From Chloroflexota bacterium (GTDB lineage: Bacteria > Chloroflexota > Dormibacteria > CF-121), in assembly GCA_005889535.1 (NCBI GenBank), contig VBHC01000113.1:1-62509 (forward strand): 62,509 nucleotides of DNA, written 5' to 3'. The translations under genes were made by a program, and so were the position numbers. Numbering within the stretch: the first letter of the stretch is position 1; each line of letters begins with the position of its first letter. Shown here one piece after another: positions 41,365 to 51,050 of the stretch. Under the pieces are notes generated by a model, which saw only the letters and a program-made list of their open reading frames with translations, did not search any database and had not been told where the DNA came from.

Positions 41365-41825
41365 CCGGCCGCGGTCGCGGCCTTCAGCTCCTGGTCGACG
41401 CAACTGGCAAACCGTTGGGCCATCCGCTGGGCCACCTCTTGCATGATGCCGCTCCGCCCAAACTGGGCGACCACGCCGCTGACTGACAGATCGGTGTTCA
41501 TCACGACGCTGGTCCCCTTTTCGGTGGTTGTGAGCTGGGCGGTCACGACGGCCGAGGCGCCCCCGCGTCCGCGCGTCTCCGCGCCCTCGGCCTTGATCCG
41601 GACGGTGTGCTCCCCGGGGTCGATGCTCTCGATCACGATCCGTCCCTTATAGGAGACGCCAATCGGACCGAGCTTGACCTCGACCTTGCCGGAGTAGGTT
41701 CTGTCGTCGACCACCTCGGTGAGGGATGCACCCGGCACGCAGTGCGCGATCTTCTGGACATCGAGCAGATAGGCCCAGGCCGCATCGACCGGCGCGCCCA
41801 ACTCGAAGCGCGTCGTGATAACCAC
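41361..41825 (-). CDS. coxG: CoxG/SRPBCC family protein
   Basis: AW.YLLD...IAHCVPGA, KLGPI...Y.G and G.VAQFGR motifs. Confidence 0.85.
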   Translation of the reverse strand: MVITTRFELGAPVDAAWAYLLDVQKIAHCVPGASLTEVVDDRTYSGKVEVKLGPIGVSYKGRIVIESIDPGEHTVRIKAEGAETRGRGGASAVVTAQLTTTEKGTSVVMNTDLSVSGVVAQFGRSGIMQEVAQRMAQRFASCVDQELKAATAAG

Positions 41826-41900
41826 TTGCCAACATTAGCCGAAAAAGTGGCCGGCACCTCACGGTAGCCGGCCTCGAGCGCCTGTTAGGGCGAGTTTAGA

Positions 41901-42866
41901 TCAGGAGACGGTGATCGGGGTACCCGGGTCGACCAGGTGGATCCAGGTCAGGCCGCTCGGCAGGTGCATCAGCTTGCCGTCAGCGCCCACGATCTTCAGC
42001 GGCAGCTCCGCGTTGCTCAGGTCCCAGGTAGCCGAGTAGCGATGGCCCTTGCTGAAGACATCCGCCGGTCCGGTCCCCTGCAGGTCGAAATCGACGGCCG
42101 GCGCCCCGAGCACGTCCGTGAACCCAGCGTTGTGGTGCGCGACCTGGATCAGGATGACGTTGACCGGCTTGATGGGCTGGCCGGTGTCGTGATCGACGAG
42201 CGGCCCGACGTCGGTGCCGTACGCGTAAGCCCCCTCGGTCGCCGAGTAGGTATAGGTCACCCGGTACGACGGCGTCTGATTGAAGACGAGGTGGTTGGCC
42301 GCGACCGGCGCCGGGCTGGCGGCCGGCTGGCCGGCTGACGGCAACTGGTAGGTGATCTTGGGCGCGTATTTTCCGAGCCCCTGGGCCAGCCGGTCTCCGT
42401 CGGTGAAGAGGTTGTGCGGCGCCCGGCGGCTCGGGTCGCGGGCAAAGTAGGCGCCCCCGTCCGTGCTCTCGCTCAGGGCGGGGATGTTCTGCTCCTTGAT
42501 GGCCTGCAGCACCTTGGCGTTGGCACCGGAGAAGAAGATGACGCCGTGGTACGCGTGCCAGAGCTTGATCGTGATCGGCCGGGCGCTCCGAACCGGCTCG
42601 ATCCGCTGGCTCCCGGAAGGCTGGAAGTAGATGACGGTCATACGCGAGATGCCACCCTCGGCAAGGTACTCATACACGATGTTGGCCTGCTGGAGGCCCG
42701 CCTGCGGCCGGGCCAGGATGGAATTTTCGATCTGCACCATCGCCGGACCAGGCCGGCTCGGGGTTGGCGTGGGTGTGGCCACCCCTGGGCTGCCGCATCC
42801 CGCGAGAGCAACGAGCGCGACGCTCATGGCGAGCATCGCCAGCTCGCGCTTCCCGGCCGTCAACAT
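41901..42866 (-). CDS. DUF3048 family lipoprotein
   Basis: LAGC lipobox; ARPQAGL..A.IVYE..AEGGISR, PVRSAR and RRAPHNL motifs. Confidence 0.88.
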   Translation of the reverse strand: MLTAGKRELAMLAMSVALVALAGCGSPGVATPTPTPSRPGPAMVQIENSILARPQAGLQQANIVYEYLAEGGISRMTVIYFQPSGSQRIEPVRSARPITIKLWHAYHGVIFFSGANAKVLQAIKEQNIPALSESTDGGAYFARDPSRRAPHNLFTDGDRLAQGLGKYAPKITYQLPSAGQPAASPAPVAANHLVFNQTPSYRVTYTYSATEGAYAYGTDVGPLVDHDTGQPIKPVNVILIQVAHHNAGFTDVLGAPAVDFDLQGTGPADVFSKGHRYSATWDLSNAELPLKIVGADGKLMHLPSGLTWIHLVDPGTPITVS

Positions 42867-42921
42867 GTGATGCTGAGTATAAGGAAAAGCGATAGCGGCA
42901 GCGTGTGCCTGCGCCCTGGCG

Positions 42922-43212
42922 TTAGGCCGCGATTCCGATCTTGCGAAGGGCGGGACCAAGCTCGCGCAGGTTGCGCTTGTTCCGCTCGCGCCAATCGAGG
43001 ATGAGGTCGGCGAAGGCCGATTTGGAGAGCCGCTCGCGGCGAACGGCGTTCGTTTTCGTATCCGTGATCTCGATCTCGACCCAGACGACCCCAGCCTCGA
43101 TCAGGCGTGCCGGGTAGTCGTTGTCTTCGATCAACCGAATCAGCTCAAGTTCTCCGAGCACTGCTACACCCCTGGCGAAAAGCGTTTGCCGACTGCTCTT
43201 AATCATCCCCAA
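42922..43212 (-). CDS. Hypothetical protein
   Basis: Non-shadow ORF with protein-like composition; the start may be further downstream. Confidence 0.55.
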   Translation of the reverse strand: MGMIKSSRQTLFARGVAVLGELELIRLIEDNDYPARLIEAGVVWVEIEITDTKTNAVRRERLSKSAFADLILDWRERNKRNLRELGPALRKIGIAA

Positions 43213-43270
43213 CGGGGAATCCCAAAAAATCCGTCACTTTTGAAACCAGGTGCGGCCGGGGTCTGGAAAG

Positions 43271-44125
43271 ATGGCCGGTAGACTTAGCCTCGTGCTGGCC
43301 GACCTCCACATGCATTCGACAGTCAGCGACGGCTGGCGCGACCCCGACGAGGTGGCTCATCTGGCCGCCGACCGTGGGGTGCGGGTGATGGCGCTGACCG
43401 ACCACGACACCTTCCACGGCGTCAACCGCGCCCGCGCGGTCGCCCACCGCCGGGGCCTCGGCTACGTGCGCGCCCTCGAGGTCACCACCTACCCGCCCAA
43501 TCAGATGCGCCACATCCTCGGCCACGGGGTGGACGTCGACCATCCTCGCCTCCTCGCCCTGCTCCACCGGACCCAGGGGGTCTTCCGCCGGCAGACGGAG
43601 GCGTGGATCAGGGTCCTCCACGAGCAGGGCATCGGTGAAGGCCTCGATCTGGGCGCCTTTGCCTTCAAGCCGACAGTGATGCCGGGCGCTGTGCTCAAAC
43701 TCATCCTGCAACACGGCCTGATGACCGAAGGGGACGCCTGGGCGAGCGTGCGCAGGGCAGTCGATTTCATGCCGCCCGATTTCTATTCGCCCATCCCGTC
43801 TCCGAAAGAAGCGGTCGACGCCATCCACGCGGCGGGTGGGCTGGCGGTGCACGCACATCCGGGATCGGTGCCGGACCAGGACCTGATGAAGGAAGTCCTG
43901 CCGTTGATCGATGGGCTCGAGGTCTACACCCGGCGGCACAAACCCGAACAGATCCCGGTCTATGAGGAGCTTGCCGCCCGGCACGGCTTGTTGATGACGG
44001 TCGGCTCCGATTACCACGGATTCAACGGCGACGACTACGAGGCGCCTCGAAAGCTGATCGACATCCGTTACCTGGAAAAACTCGGGTCGCGGGTCGAGTG
44101 GCCGGCCCTCGAGAAGGCCGGATGA
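43271..44125 (+). CDS. PHP domain metal-dependent phosphoesterase
   Basis: DLHMHSTVSDG, LTDHDT, HILG, AHP and GSDYHG motifs. Confidence 0.92.
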   Translation: MAGRLSLVLADLHMHSTVSDGWRDPDEVAHLAADRGVRVMALTDHDTFHGVNRARAVAHRRGLGYVRALEVTTYPPNQMRHILGHGVDVDHPRLLALLHRTQGVFRRQTEAWIRVLHEQGIGEGLDLGAFAFKPTVMPGAVLKLILQHGLMTEGDAWASVRRAVDFMPPDFYSPIPSPKEAVDAIHAAGGLAVHAHPGSVPDQDLMKEVLPLIDGLEVYTRRHKPEQIPVYEELAARHGLLMTVGSDYHGFNGDDYEAPRKLIDIRYLEKLGSRVEWPALEKAG

Positions 44126-44847
44126 CCCCGGCGCTGGTCACCCCGCTAGTCGCCGATGCCCGGGCCGCGCTCCTCGAGGTCGGCGGCCGCGAATCCACGG
44201 TCATCGCCGCGGCAATCGAAACCCTGCCGTCTCAGCCCCCCTTCCAGGTGATGGTCACCGCCTCCCAGGCGGCGCGGCCGCAGTGGGCCGGCCTGGTCGA
44301 CGATCTCTTCGAGCGCCCCCTCCTGAAGAACGCGAAGGCGGGCCTGCGCAACGCGCTGCTGTCGACCGTGACCGGGGATACGCTCTATCGCAACGTCTTC
44401 TTCTCCTTTGCCGATGCTGTCGTTCTCTGGCACTACGGCTATACGCAGGAGCGAACCGGCTCGGCGCGGCTGGACGCCGCCTACGATGCGATGCGCCGGC
44501 TGCTTGCCGGGGCCGAGCACTTCATGGAGACCCGCCCGCCGGCGGAGCCGGATGTCCGATACTTCCACCGGCTGCGCCGGGTCCGGCTCACCCGGGATAA
44601 CGCCTACCCGATGCTTCGCCGCGCCGGACGGCTGCTGGGCGCGGTCGAGGCGGAGTTGACGCGGGAAAAGCCGCACACGATCCGGGGCACCATCCTGACG
44701 AGCTACCTGACCTTCAGTGCCCAGGTGATCGCGATGGCTCGCGCCCTCCGCTCCGACCGCGACGCGATCGACCGCACCGACGTCCTGAAGGCGCTCGACG
44801 CCATCACGACCCTGCTGCGGACGGCGCCGGCTGCGCTTGCCGCCTGA
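44122..44847 (+). CDS. Hypothetical helical protein coupled to the PHP gene
   Basis: ATGA overlap with the PHP stop. Confidence 0.6.
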   Translation: MTPALVTPLVADARAALLEVGGRESTVIAAAIETLPSQPPFQVMVTASQAARPQWAGLVDDLFERPLLKNAKAGLRNALLSTVTGDTLYRNVFFSFADAVVLWHYGYTQERTGSARLDAAYDAMRRLLAGAEHFMETRPPAEPDVRYFHRLRRVRLTRDNAYPMLRRAGRLLGAVEAELTREKPHTIRGTILTSYLTFSAQVIAMARALRSDRDAIDRTDVLKALDAITTLLRTAPAALAA

Positions 44848-45955
44848 CCCCGGGCAAGGTCGCCCCGAAGGCGAGCATGGCGAAGGCCCCGACCAGCATC
44901 GGAAGCAGGGCAAATCGAAAGTGGCCGCTCCAGTCCCAGGCAAAGCCTCCCAGCGCCGGGCCGAAGAAGGCTGCTCCATAGCCGACGGTGAACATGAACC
45001 CGCTGGTCCGCGCCACCTCCGACGGCGAGAGCAGGGCGGGAAGTCCGAGGTTGAGGATGAAGGCGAGACTGCTGGCGGCCCCCGCCATCCCGGCCCAGAA
45101 GGGGGCGGTCGAGGCGGGAGCCAGGGCATAGCCGGCCACCGCCAGCGTTGATCCAATCCCAGCGACGACGTACGGCCAGCGGCGCCCCAGCATGGTATCC
45201 CCGCGGAAGCTCAGCCACAAGCTGATGGGGAGCTGCATCGCGTTCAGGGCGCCGAGGGTGAGCGGGATCGAGTCATGCGCCTGCCGCGCATCGAGGGTGT
45301 CCGGAATCCAACTATTCATGCCGAAATAGACCAGGCTCGCGCCGCCCATCAGCAAGCCAACCCGGAGCATCCGCCCGCTTCCCCAGTCGGGTAGCCAGGC
45401 GCCGGCCGTGGGCGCGGTGCCCTCGGATGTCGGAGTGACGATCAGCCAGAGGGCGAGCACGATCGCAGCCGGCGCAGCCCATGCCGCCAGCGCGACCTGC
45501 CAGCCGAACGGCGCCAGCAGGAGGGGCAGCGTGATGCTGGCCGCGATCACCTCGCCCACCAGCAGTCCGTTGGAGTAGACCGCAATCGCGCGTCCGACTC
45601 TCGTAGGGAACCAGGCCTGCGCCAGGCTGGGCATCGCCGGCTGCGCCACCGCGATCCCGAGGGCGAGCACGACAGTCAATCCGAAGAGCATCAGCGGACT
45701 GGGGAGCGCACCCCGCAATGCTGCACCGAGCGCGACCAGGGCCAGGCCGACGGCGACGGCTCGCCGCGCCCCGACGCGGCTGACCAGGTAGGCGCCGGGG
45801 ATCGCGCCCGCCGCCATCAAAAAGACGGGCAGCGAGGTCAGCAAGCCGGCAGCGCTGTAGGAAAGCCCCAGCGCCTGGTGCAAGGCCGGCAAGGTCGGGG
45901 GAACGCCGAGGATGACGGTGCGCAGGTTGACGCCAACCAGCCACAGCAGGACCAG
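44804..45955 (-). CDS. CynX/NimT family MFS transporter
   Basis: VNLR...GVPP first helix and about 12 TMs. No canonical start precedes TM1; the first TTG is at 45892. Confidence 0.8.
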   Translation of the reverse strand: MVLLWLVGVNLRTVILGVPPTLPALHQALGLSYSAAGLLTSLPVFLMAAGAIPGAYLVSRVGARRAVAVGLALVALGAALRGALPSPLMLFGLTVVLALGIAVAQPAMPSLAQAWFPTRVGRAIAVYSNGLLVGEVIAASITLPLLLAPFGWQVALAAWAAPAAIVLALWLIVTPTSEGTAPTAGAWLPDWGSGRMLRVGLLMGGASLVYFGMNSWIPDTLDARQAHDSIPLTLGALNAMQLPISLWLSFRGDTMLGRRWPYVVAGIGSTLAVAGYALAPASTAPFWAGMAGAASSLAFILNLGLPALLSPSEVARTSGFMFTVGYGAAFFGPALGGFAWDWSGHFRFALLPMLVGAFAMLAFGATLPGVRRQAQPAPSAAGS

Positions 45956-45986
45956 GGTGAGCGCCGGATGCCCGCCTCCCGCCGAT

Positions 45987-47324
45987 TTAGAGACCGCCGA
46001 CGGGCAGCTCCTCGATCAGCACCGTCGGGCTGCCGCAGAAGCCGCCCGCGAACATGAAGCGCAGGTCACTCGCAACCGCGACCACCTTCTTCAGCAGGGC
46101 GATGACGTTGCCGGCGACGGTGAGCTCCTTGACCGGCGTCGTGAGCCGCCCATGCTCGATCCAGTGACCGGTCAGCCCGAGCGAAAACTCGCCGGACACC
46201 GGATTCACCGTGTTCAGGCCAGACAGCTGTGAGACATGAAGGCCGTTCTCGACCCGCGCCAGGAGGGCGTCTCGGCTGATATCACCTGGTTTCAGGACGA
46301 GATTTGACACGCCGACCTCGGGGACGCTCTTGTACGAGCGCACCGCGCTGCCGGTCGATTGGCCGTTCGTGCGTGCCGCGGTGTACGTGTTATGCAGGTA
46401 GCCCTTCAGGACGCCGTCCGCAATCAGCTCATTGGATCGTGAGGGCACCCCCTCGCCGTCGAAGGGCCGGCTGGCCAGCCCTTCCGGCAACCGGGCGTCG
46501 TCGGTGATGGTGACGATCCCGGCGGCGACCTGCTCACCGAGCTTGCCGGCCAGCAGCGACCGCCGCTTGATAACGGCATCCGCGCTGAACGAGTTGGCCA
46601 GCACGCCCAGGATCATCGCCGCGGCATGTGGGTGGAGCACCACCGGCACGGTCGCCGTCTTCACCGGGCGAGCCCCCAAGAGTCCGGCCGCATTCTCGAC
46701 CGCCTCCTGCACGACCCCGGCCAGGTCCAGCTCTTCCATATCGCGCCCATGCGTGAAGGCAAACCCGGACTGCATCTCGGAGTCCTGCTCCGCGATGGTC
46801 TCCAGCACGCCGTACGCGACAGTCCGCGCGAACGATGCCTGCAGGCCCCGGCTGTTCACGATCTCGACCTCTCCGGTGCCGTCGCTGTAGACCGCATTGC
46901 TGACCCGCCGAACCCGCGGATCGAGCGACGTCGCCCGCCGCTCCATTTCCAGCGCAAACTCGATCTTCCGCTGTGGCTCGACCCGGCTCAGCGCCGGCGA
47001 CGCGAGCCCGGCCAGGGGATCGGCTGCCTGGGTCACCGGCAGCACGTTCGCCGCGTCGGCATGGTTGTACCGTCCATTGAGGAGCGCGTCATCCACCAGG
47101 CCGTCGAGCGCGTCGGCCTCGGTCTCCGAGGTATAGGAGAACCCGACACGGTGCTCACGGAACGTGCGAAGGCCGATGCCGCGGCTTTCCGCCGATACGA
47201 GGGATTCGATCGCGCCGTTGTAAACGCGAACGGTAAATTCCGTTCCGCGCGACAGGTAGACCTCGGCGTCCTCCGAGCCGAGCCGCTTGCAGCGTTCGAG
47301 GACACGTTCGCCGATCGGATTCAT
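45987..47324 (-). CDS. pmbA: PmbA/TldE family protein
   Basis: RPFDGEGVP...GVLKGYLH, STGSA and GEFS motifs; ATGA overlap with tldD. Confidence 0.92.
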   Translation of the reverse strand: MNPIGERVLERCKRLGSEDAEVYLSRGTEFTVRVYNGAIESLVSAESRGIGLRTFREHRVGFSYTSETEADALDGLVDDALLNGRYNHADAANVLPVTQAADPLAGLASPALSRVEPQRKIEFALEMERRATSLDPRVRRVSNAVYSDGTGEVEIVNSRGLQASFARTVAYGVLETIAEQDSEMQSGFAFTHGRDMEELDLAGVVQEAVENAAGLLGARPVKTATVPVVLHPHAAAMILGVLANSFSADAVIKRRSLLAGKLGEQVAAGIVTITDDARLPEGLASRPFDGEGVPSRSNELIADGVLKGYLHNTYTAARTNGQSTGSAVRSYKSVPEVGVSNLVLKPGDISRDALLARVENGLHVSQLSGLNTVNPVSGEFSLGLTGHWIEHGRLTTPVKELTVAGNVIALLKKVVAVASDLRFMFAGGFCGSPTVLIEELPVGGL

Positions 47325-48736
47325 TGCCGCATCGCGCCGGCCGGCATCACGCCGGTACCTCCAACCGTGAGCTCGCTGATGCGAATGGTCGGCTGACCAA
47401 CGGAGACCGGAACCCCCTGGCCTTCCTTGCCACATGTCCCGGGCGCGAGCTTCAAGTCGTTGGCGATCATGTCGATCTTGTGCAGGGCGCGCGGGCCGTT
47501 GCCCACGATGGTGGCGCCCCGCACCGGACGGCCAATTTTTCCGCCCTCGACGAGATATCCTTCGGTGACGGCGAAGACAAAGTCGCCGGTGGTGACGTCG
47601 ACTTGCCCGGCGCCGAGCTTCTTGGCGTACAGCCCGCGCGGGGTGGCGGCGATGATGTCCTCAACCGAGTGTGCTCCGGCCGCGATGAAGGTGTTGGTCA
47701 TCCGCGGGATCGGAAGGTGCTGATACGACTGACGGCGACCATTTCCCGTGACCACGTGGTTCTGCTGTCCGGCGCGCAGCCGATCGTACATGTAGCTGAT
47801 GAGGACGCCATCCTGGATCAACACGTTGCGGCGAGTCGGCACGCCCTCATCGTCCACCGCCAGCGTGCCCCAGCGGCTCGGCAAGGTGCCGTCGTCGATG
47901 GCGGTCACGATCGGGCTGGCGACCGCCTGTCCGATCTTCCCGGTGAAGACCGTCGAGCCCTTGCCGACGAAATCGGCCTCGAGCCCGTGACCGCACGCTT
48001 CGTGGAACAGGACGCCGCCAAACTCGTTGCCAACGATCACGGCCATCGGACCGGCTGGAGATGGCGCCGCATCGAGCAGGCTGACCGCGCGCTCAGCGGC
48101 GGCGCGAGCATACTCCGCCGCCGACGTGTCGTCGAAGAACTCGAAGCCCCGTTGCATACCGGGCGCCTCCATGGCGGTCTGGATCTCGCCGTTGCGCTCG
48201 GCCACCGCGTGAATCATCAGGCGCACCCGGGTTCGGGAATCTGAATGATGGATGCCCTCGGAGGTCGCGACCAGAACCTCCTGGGCGCTGTGGCCGTAGC
48301 CGACCGCAACCTGCTTGATGGCGCTGCTCACGTCGCGTGCGGCCTGGTCCGCTTCCAGCAGCAACTCGATCTTGGCCTCCGGCCCAACCGTATGCGGCGG
48401 CACCTCGATGGGCTGCGGCGCCCTTGGTGCTCCGGTGAGATCGCCGAAGGCGAAGCGCCCGCCACCGTGCCGTCCCACCTGCGCCGCCAGGTCGGCCGTC
48501 TTGAGGAGGCCGGCTTCGGAGAGGTCTTCGGTGTACACATAGCTGACGGTCCCCTGGTGGATGATGCGAAGCCCGGCCCCAAGATCGTTGCCGGAACTGA
48601 CACGCTGAACTTTGCTCTCTTCAACGCTGATGGATTGGTTGCGCTTCCGCTCGACGAACAGCTCAACGAAATCAGCGCCGGATCGCGATGCGCGCTTGAT
48701 CACGCCATCCACGAGCGACGGGTCGAGCAGCGGCAT
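47321..48736 (-). CDS. tldD: TldD family metalloprotease
   Basis: HEACGHGLEAD, DDEG, RMTNTFI and CGK.GQ.VPV motifs. Confidence 0.94.
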   Translation of the reverse strand: MPLLDPSLVDGVIKRASRSGADFVELFVERKRNQSISVEESKVQRVSSGNDLGAGLRIIHQGTVSYVYTEDLSEAGLLKTADLAAQVGRHGGGRFAFGDLTGAPRAPQPIEVPPHTVGPEAKIELLLEADQAARDVSSAIKQVAVGYGHSAQEVLVATSEGIHHSDSRTRVRLMIHAVAERNGEIQTAMEAPGMQRGFEFFDDTSAAEYARAAAERAVSLLDAAPSPAGPMAVIVGNEFGGVLFHEACGHGLEADFVGKGSTVFTGKIGQAVASPIVTAIDDGTLPSRWGTLAVDDEGVPTRRNVLIQDGVLISYMYDRLRAGQQNHVVTGNGRRQSYQHLPIPRMTNTFIAAGAHSVEDIIAATPRGLYAKKLGAGQVDVTTGDFVFAVTEGYLVEGGKIGRPVRGATIVGNGPRALHKIDMIANDLKLAPGTCGKEGQGVPVSVGQPTIRISELTVGGTGVMPAGAMRQ

Positions 48737-48754
48737 CCTATGGAGTGTAGAGGG

Positions 48755-50002
48755 TCAGGGTGGAGAGTTCACCGGTTCCCGGACCAGGGTGATCACCCAG
48801 ACCCCAAGCAGCGCGAGCACCGCCGAGGTGGCGATGAAGACGGAGGGAAACCCGAAGGTCGCTGCCAGCGTCGATCCCAGCAGTGGACCTACCGCGTTCC
48901 CAACCGCCGTCGCGCCGCTGGTCAGTCCGTACGCCGATCCGCGCAGCTCCGGCGGCGTCGACAACCCGACGATGGCGTTGGTTGCCGGGATCAGGACACC
49001 GAAGAAGATGCCGAGTCCGGCACGAAGCAGCAGGAATTGACCGGCGTTCTGTGCGAATGCCTGCGGGAGAAACAGGAGTGCAGCCCCAAAGCAGGCGAAG
49101 ATCAGGATTCGCCGATATCCGCTGCGGTCCACGAGGCGGCTGTAGGTCAACGCGGCCACGGCGCTGAATACAGCGGTGAGCCCGAACGCCAGTCCGGCAT
49201 AGAGTTTGACGGGATCGCCGGCGCTGGCAATGCGCTCGACAAAGAGGGGAAGGATCGGGAAGACGATCGCGGTGCTCAGCTGGACCAGCAGCAAGGTCAC
49301 CATGAGCGGCATCAAGGTGCGCGAGCGGAGGCCCAGCCGCAACGATTCGGAGAAACTCAGCGGTCGCGTGGTCGACGGCGGGGTGAAGTGCTCGTGGACG
49401 AACTGCCAGACGAAGATGCCCCCGGCGGCGAGCATGGCGCCGGCGACGAAGAACGTCCCACGGATACCGATGACCTGGGCGATCACGCCGCCCATGACGG
49501 GACCGGCCGCAATGCCGACGTAGACGCTGGTCTGCAGCTGGCCCATGCTGGCGGCGAGGCGCTCCCGCGGGACGATGCTGGCCACCAGCGCGGTGGCAGC
49601 CGCGATCGTTCCGGTGAACATGCCCTGCAGGATGCGGAGGATGAGGAACTGACCGACGTTTTGCACCAGCCCCATGAGGGCGATGATCAGTCCGCCAATC
49701 AGCATCGCCCGCAGCACCATGACTTTCCGGCCATGACGGTCGGCCAGCGCGCCCCAGATGGGGCTGAAGATGGCCAGCGAAACGCCGGTGCTCGTCACCA
49801 GCGCCCCCGACCAGAAGACCACGGCGCTCTCCGGGGTCACCCCGATCTCTTTGAGGTAGAGGGGCAGGAAAGGAAGCACGAAGCCGAAGGCAAGCATCGC
49901 CGTGGCCTGTGCGAAGCAGGTGACGTAGAGACTCGTCCGCCAACTCGGGCTGACCTCCCCTGAGACGTGACTCGGCAGGGCTGGCCGGGGCTTGAACCTC
50001 AC
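48755..50002 (-). CDS. MFS transporter (DHA1/MdtG-like)
   Basis: WGALADRHGRK motif A, RILQG, 12 TMs. Confidence 0.9.
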   Translation of the reverse strand: MRFKPRPALPSHVSGEVSPSWRTSLYVTCFAQATAMLAFGFVLPFLPLYLKEIGVTPESAVVFWSGALVTSTGVSLAIFSPIWGALADRHGRKVMVLRAMLIGGLIIALMGLVQNVGQFLILRILQGMFTGTIAAATALVASIVPRERLAASMGQLQTSVYVGIAAGPVMGGVIAQVIGIRGTFFVAGAMLAAGGIFVWQFVHEHFTPPSTTRPLSFSESLRLGLRSRTLMPLMVTLLLVQLSTAIVFPILPLFVERIASAGDPVKLYAGLAFGLTAVFSAVAALTYSRLVDRSGYRRILIFACFGAALLFLPQAFAQNAGQFLLLRAGLGIFFGVLIPATNAIVGLSTPPELRGSAYGLTSGATAVGNAVGPLLGSTLAATFGFPSVFIATSAVLALLGVWVITLVREPVNSPP

Positions 50003-50042
50003 GCCGGCGCCCTAGGCGCCGGCGTGTCGCCTCGCGATCCCG

Positions 50043-51050
50043 CTAACCGGCGCCCTTCGCATACGAGTGCAGGCCGACGATCCAGAGGTTGACGGCGTAC
50101 AGCGTGATCATGATGGACACGAATCCCGCCGTAGCGATCAGCGCCGTGCGCCGGCCGCGCCAGAGCCGAAGCGTGTGGGCATGAAGGTAGATGGCGTAGA
50201 CGATCCAGGTGATCGCCGCCCATGTCTCCTTCGGGTCCCATCCCCACCACCGGCCCCAGGCATGCTCGCCCCAGATGGCCCCCGCCATCGTCCCGAAGGT
50301 CCAGATGGGGAAGCCGAGCAGGATGGCACGAAAGGTCAGGCGATCCAGCGTCTCGAGCGATGGGAGCCGGGCCGCGATCGCTGAGCCGTGCAACCACGAC
50401 TTGATATAGGCGCTTCGGTCTTTGAGCAGGTACAGTCCGGCGAACACGAAGCTCGACACCAGGATCCCGGACGACGCCATCATGCTCGTCACATGGATCT
50501 TCAGCCAGTAACTCTGCAGGGCGGGCACGAGCGGCTCGGGCGACTGATACAGGCCGTAGCCAATCCCCATCAGGGCCACCACCACGAAGAGCGCCACCCC
50601 GCCGCCCAGCGACGCCACCGGCCAGCGGAGAGTCATCAGCAGGAAGACCGTCACCGCTACCAGCGCGAGCATGGAACTGTACTCGTACATGTTGGCCAGC
50701 GGGTAATGCGAATCGGCGATGCCTCGAGTCACGATGGCGCCGAGATGAATCAGCGCGCCCGGGGCGACGAGCGATACGCCCAGCCAGCGCAAGGCCTCCT
50801 GACGGTAGGCGAAGAAGGCGAAATAAAAGAACATGCCGCCGACGTACAACACCATCGCGGCGAAATAGAGGTGAAGCGAAAGATCGGTGACCGCGCCGGG
50901 CAGCCGGGTGAGGTCGCCGCGGATCAGCGCGAAAGCCAGCCCGTAGAACGCGAGCGGAACGACCCGCCAGAGCGGCGGGAGGCGGCGTCCGGCAACGGCA
51001 ACCGCGCTGGTGACCGGCTCGCGGACGGTGACCCGCGCCATCTCAGACAC
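50043..51050 (-). CDS. ccsA: Cytochrome c biogenesis protein CcsA/ResC (System II)
   Basis: PL.NMYE, LQSYWLKIHV, GAIWGEHAWGRWWGWDPKETW (WWD domain) and GLHSY motifs. Confidence 0.92.
   Translation of the reverse strand: MSEMARVTVREPVTSAVAVAGRRLPPLWRVVPLAFYGLAFALIRGDLTRLPGAVTDLSLHLYFAAMVLYVGGMFFYFAFFAYRQEALRWLGVSLVAPGALIHLGAIVTRGIADSHYPLANMYEYSSMLALVAVTVFLLMTLRWPVASLGGGVALFVVVALMGIGYGLYQSPEPLVPALQSYWLKIHVTSMMASSGILVSSFVFAGLYLLKDRSAYIKSWLHGSAIAARLPSLETLDRLTFRAILLGFPIWTFGTMAGAIWGEHAWGRWWGWDPKETWAAITWIVYAIYLHAHTLRLWRGRRTALIATAGFVSIMITLYAVNLWIVGLHSYAKGAG

Noticed and set aside
40795-41825. coxG + mocA as a CO dehydrogenase locus
   Set aside because: No coxL/M/S or xdhC is in the window, and these accessory genes are often orphans.
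45987-48736. TldD/PmbA or the M20 peptidase as maturation enzymes for the pheromones
   Set aside because: They are not adjacent to either peptide gene, they are widespread housekeeping genes, and signal peptidase cleavage alone explains the 7-mers.
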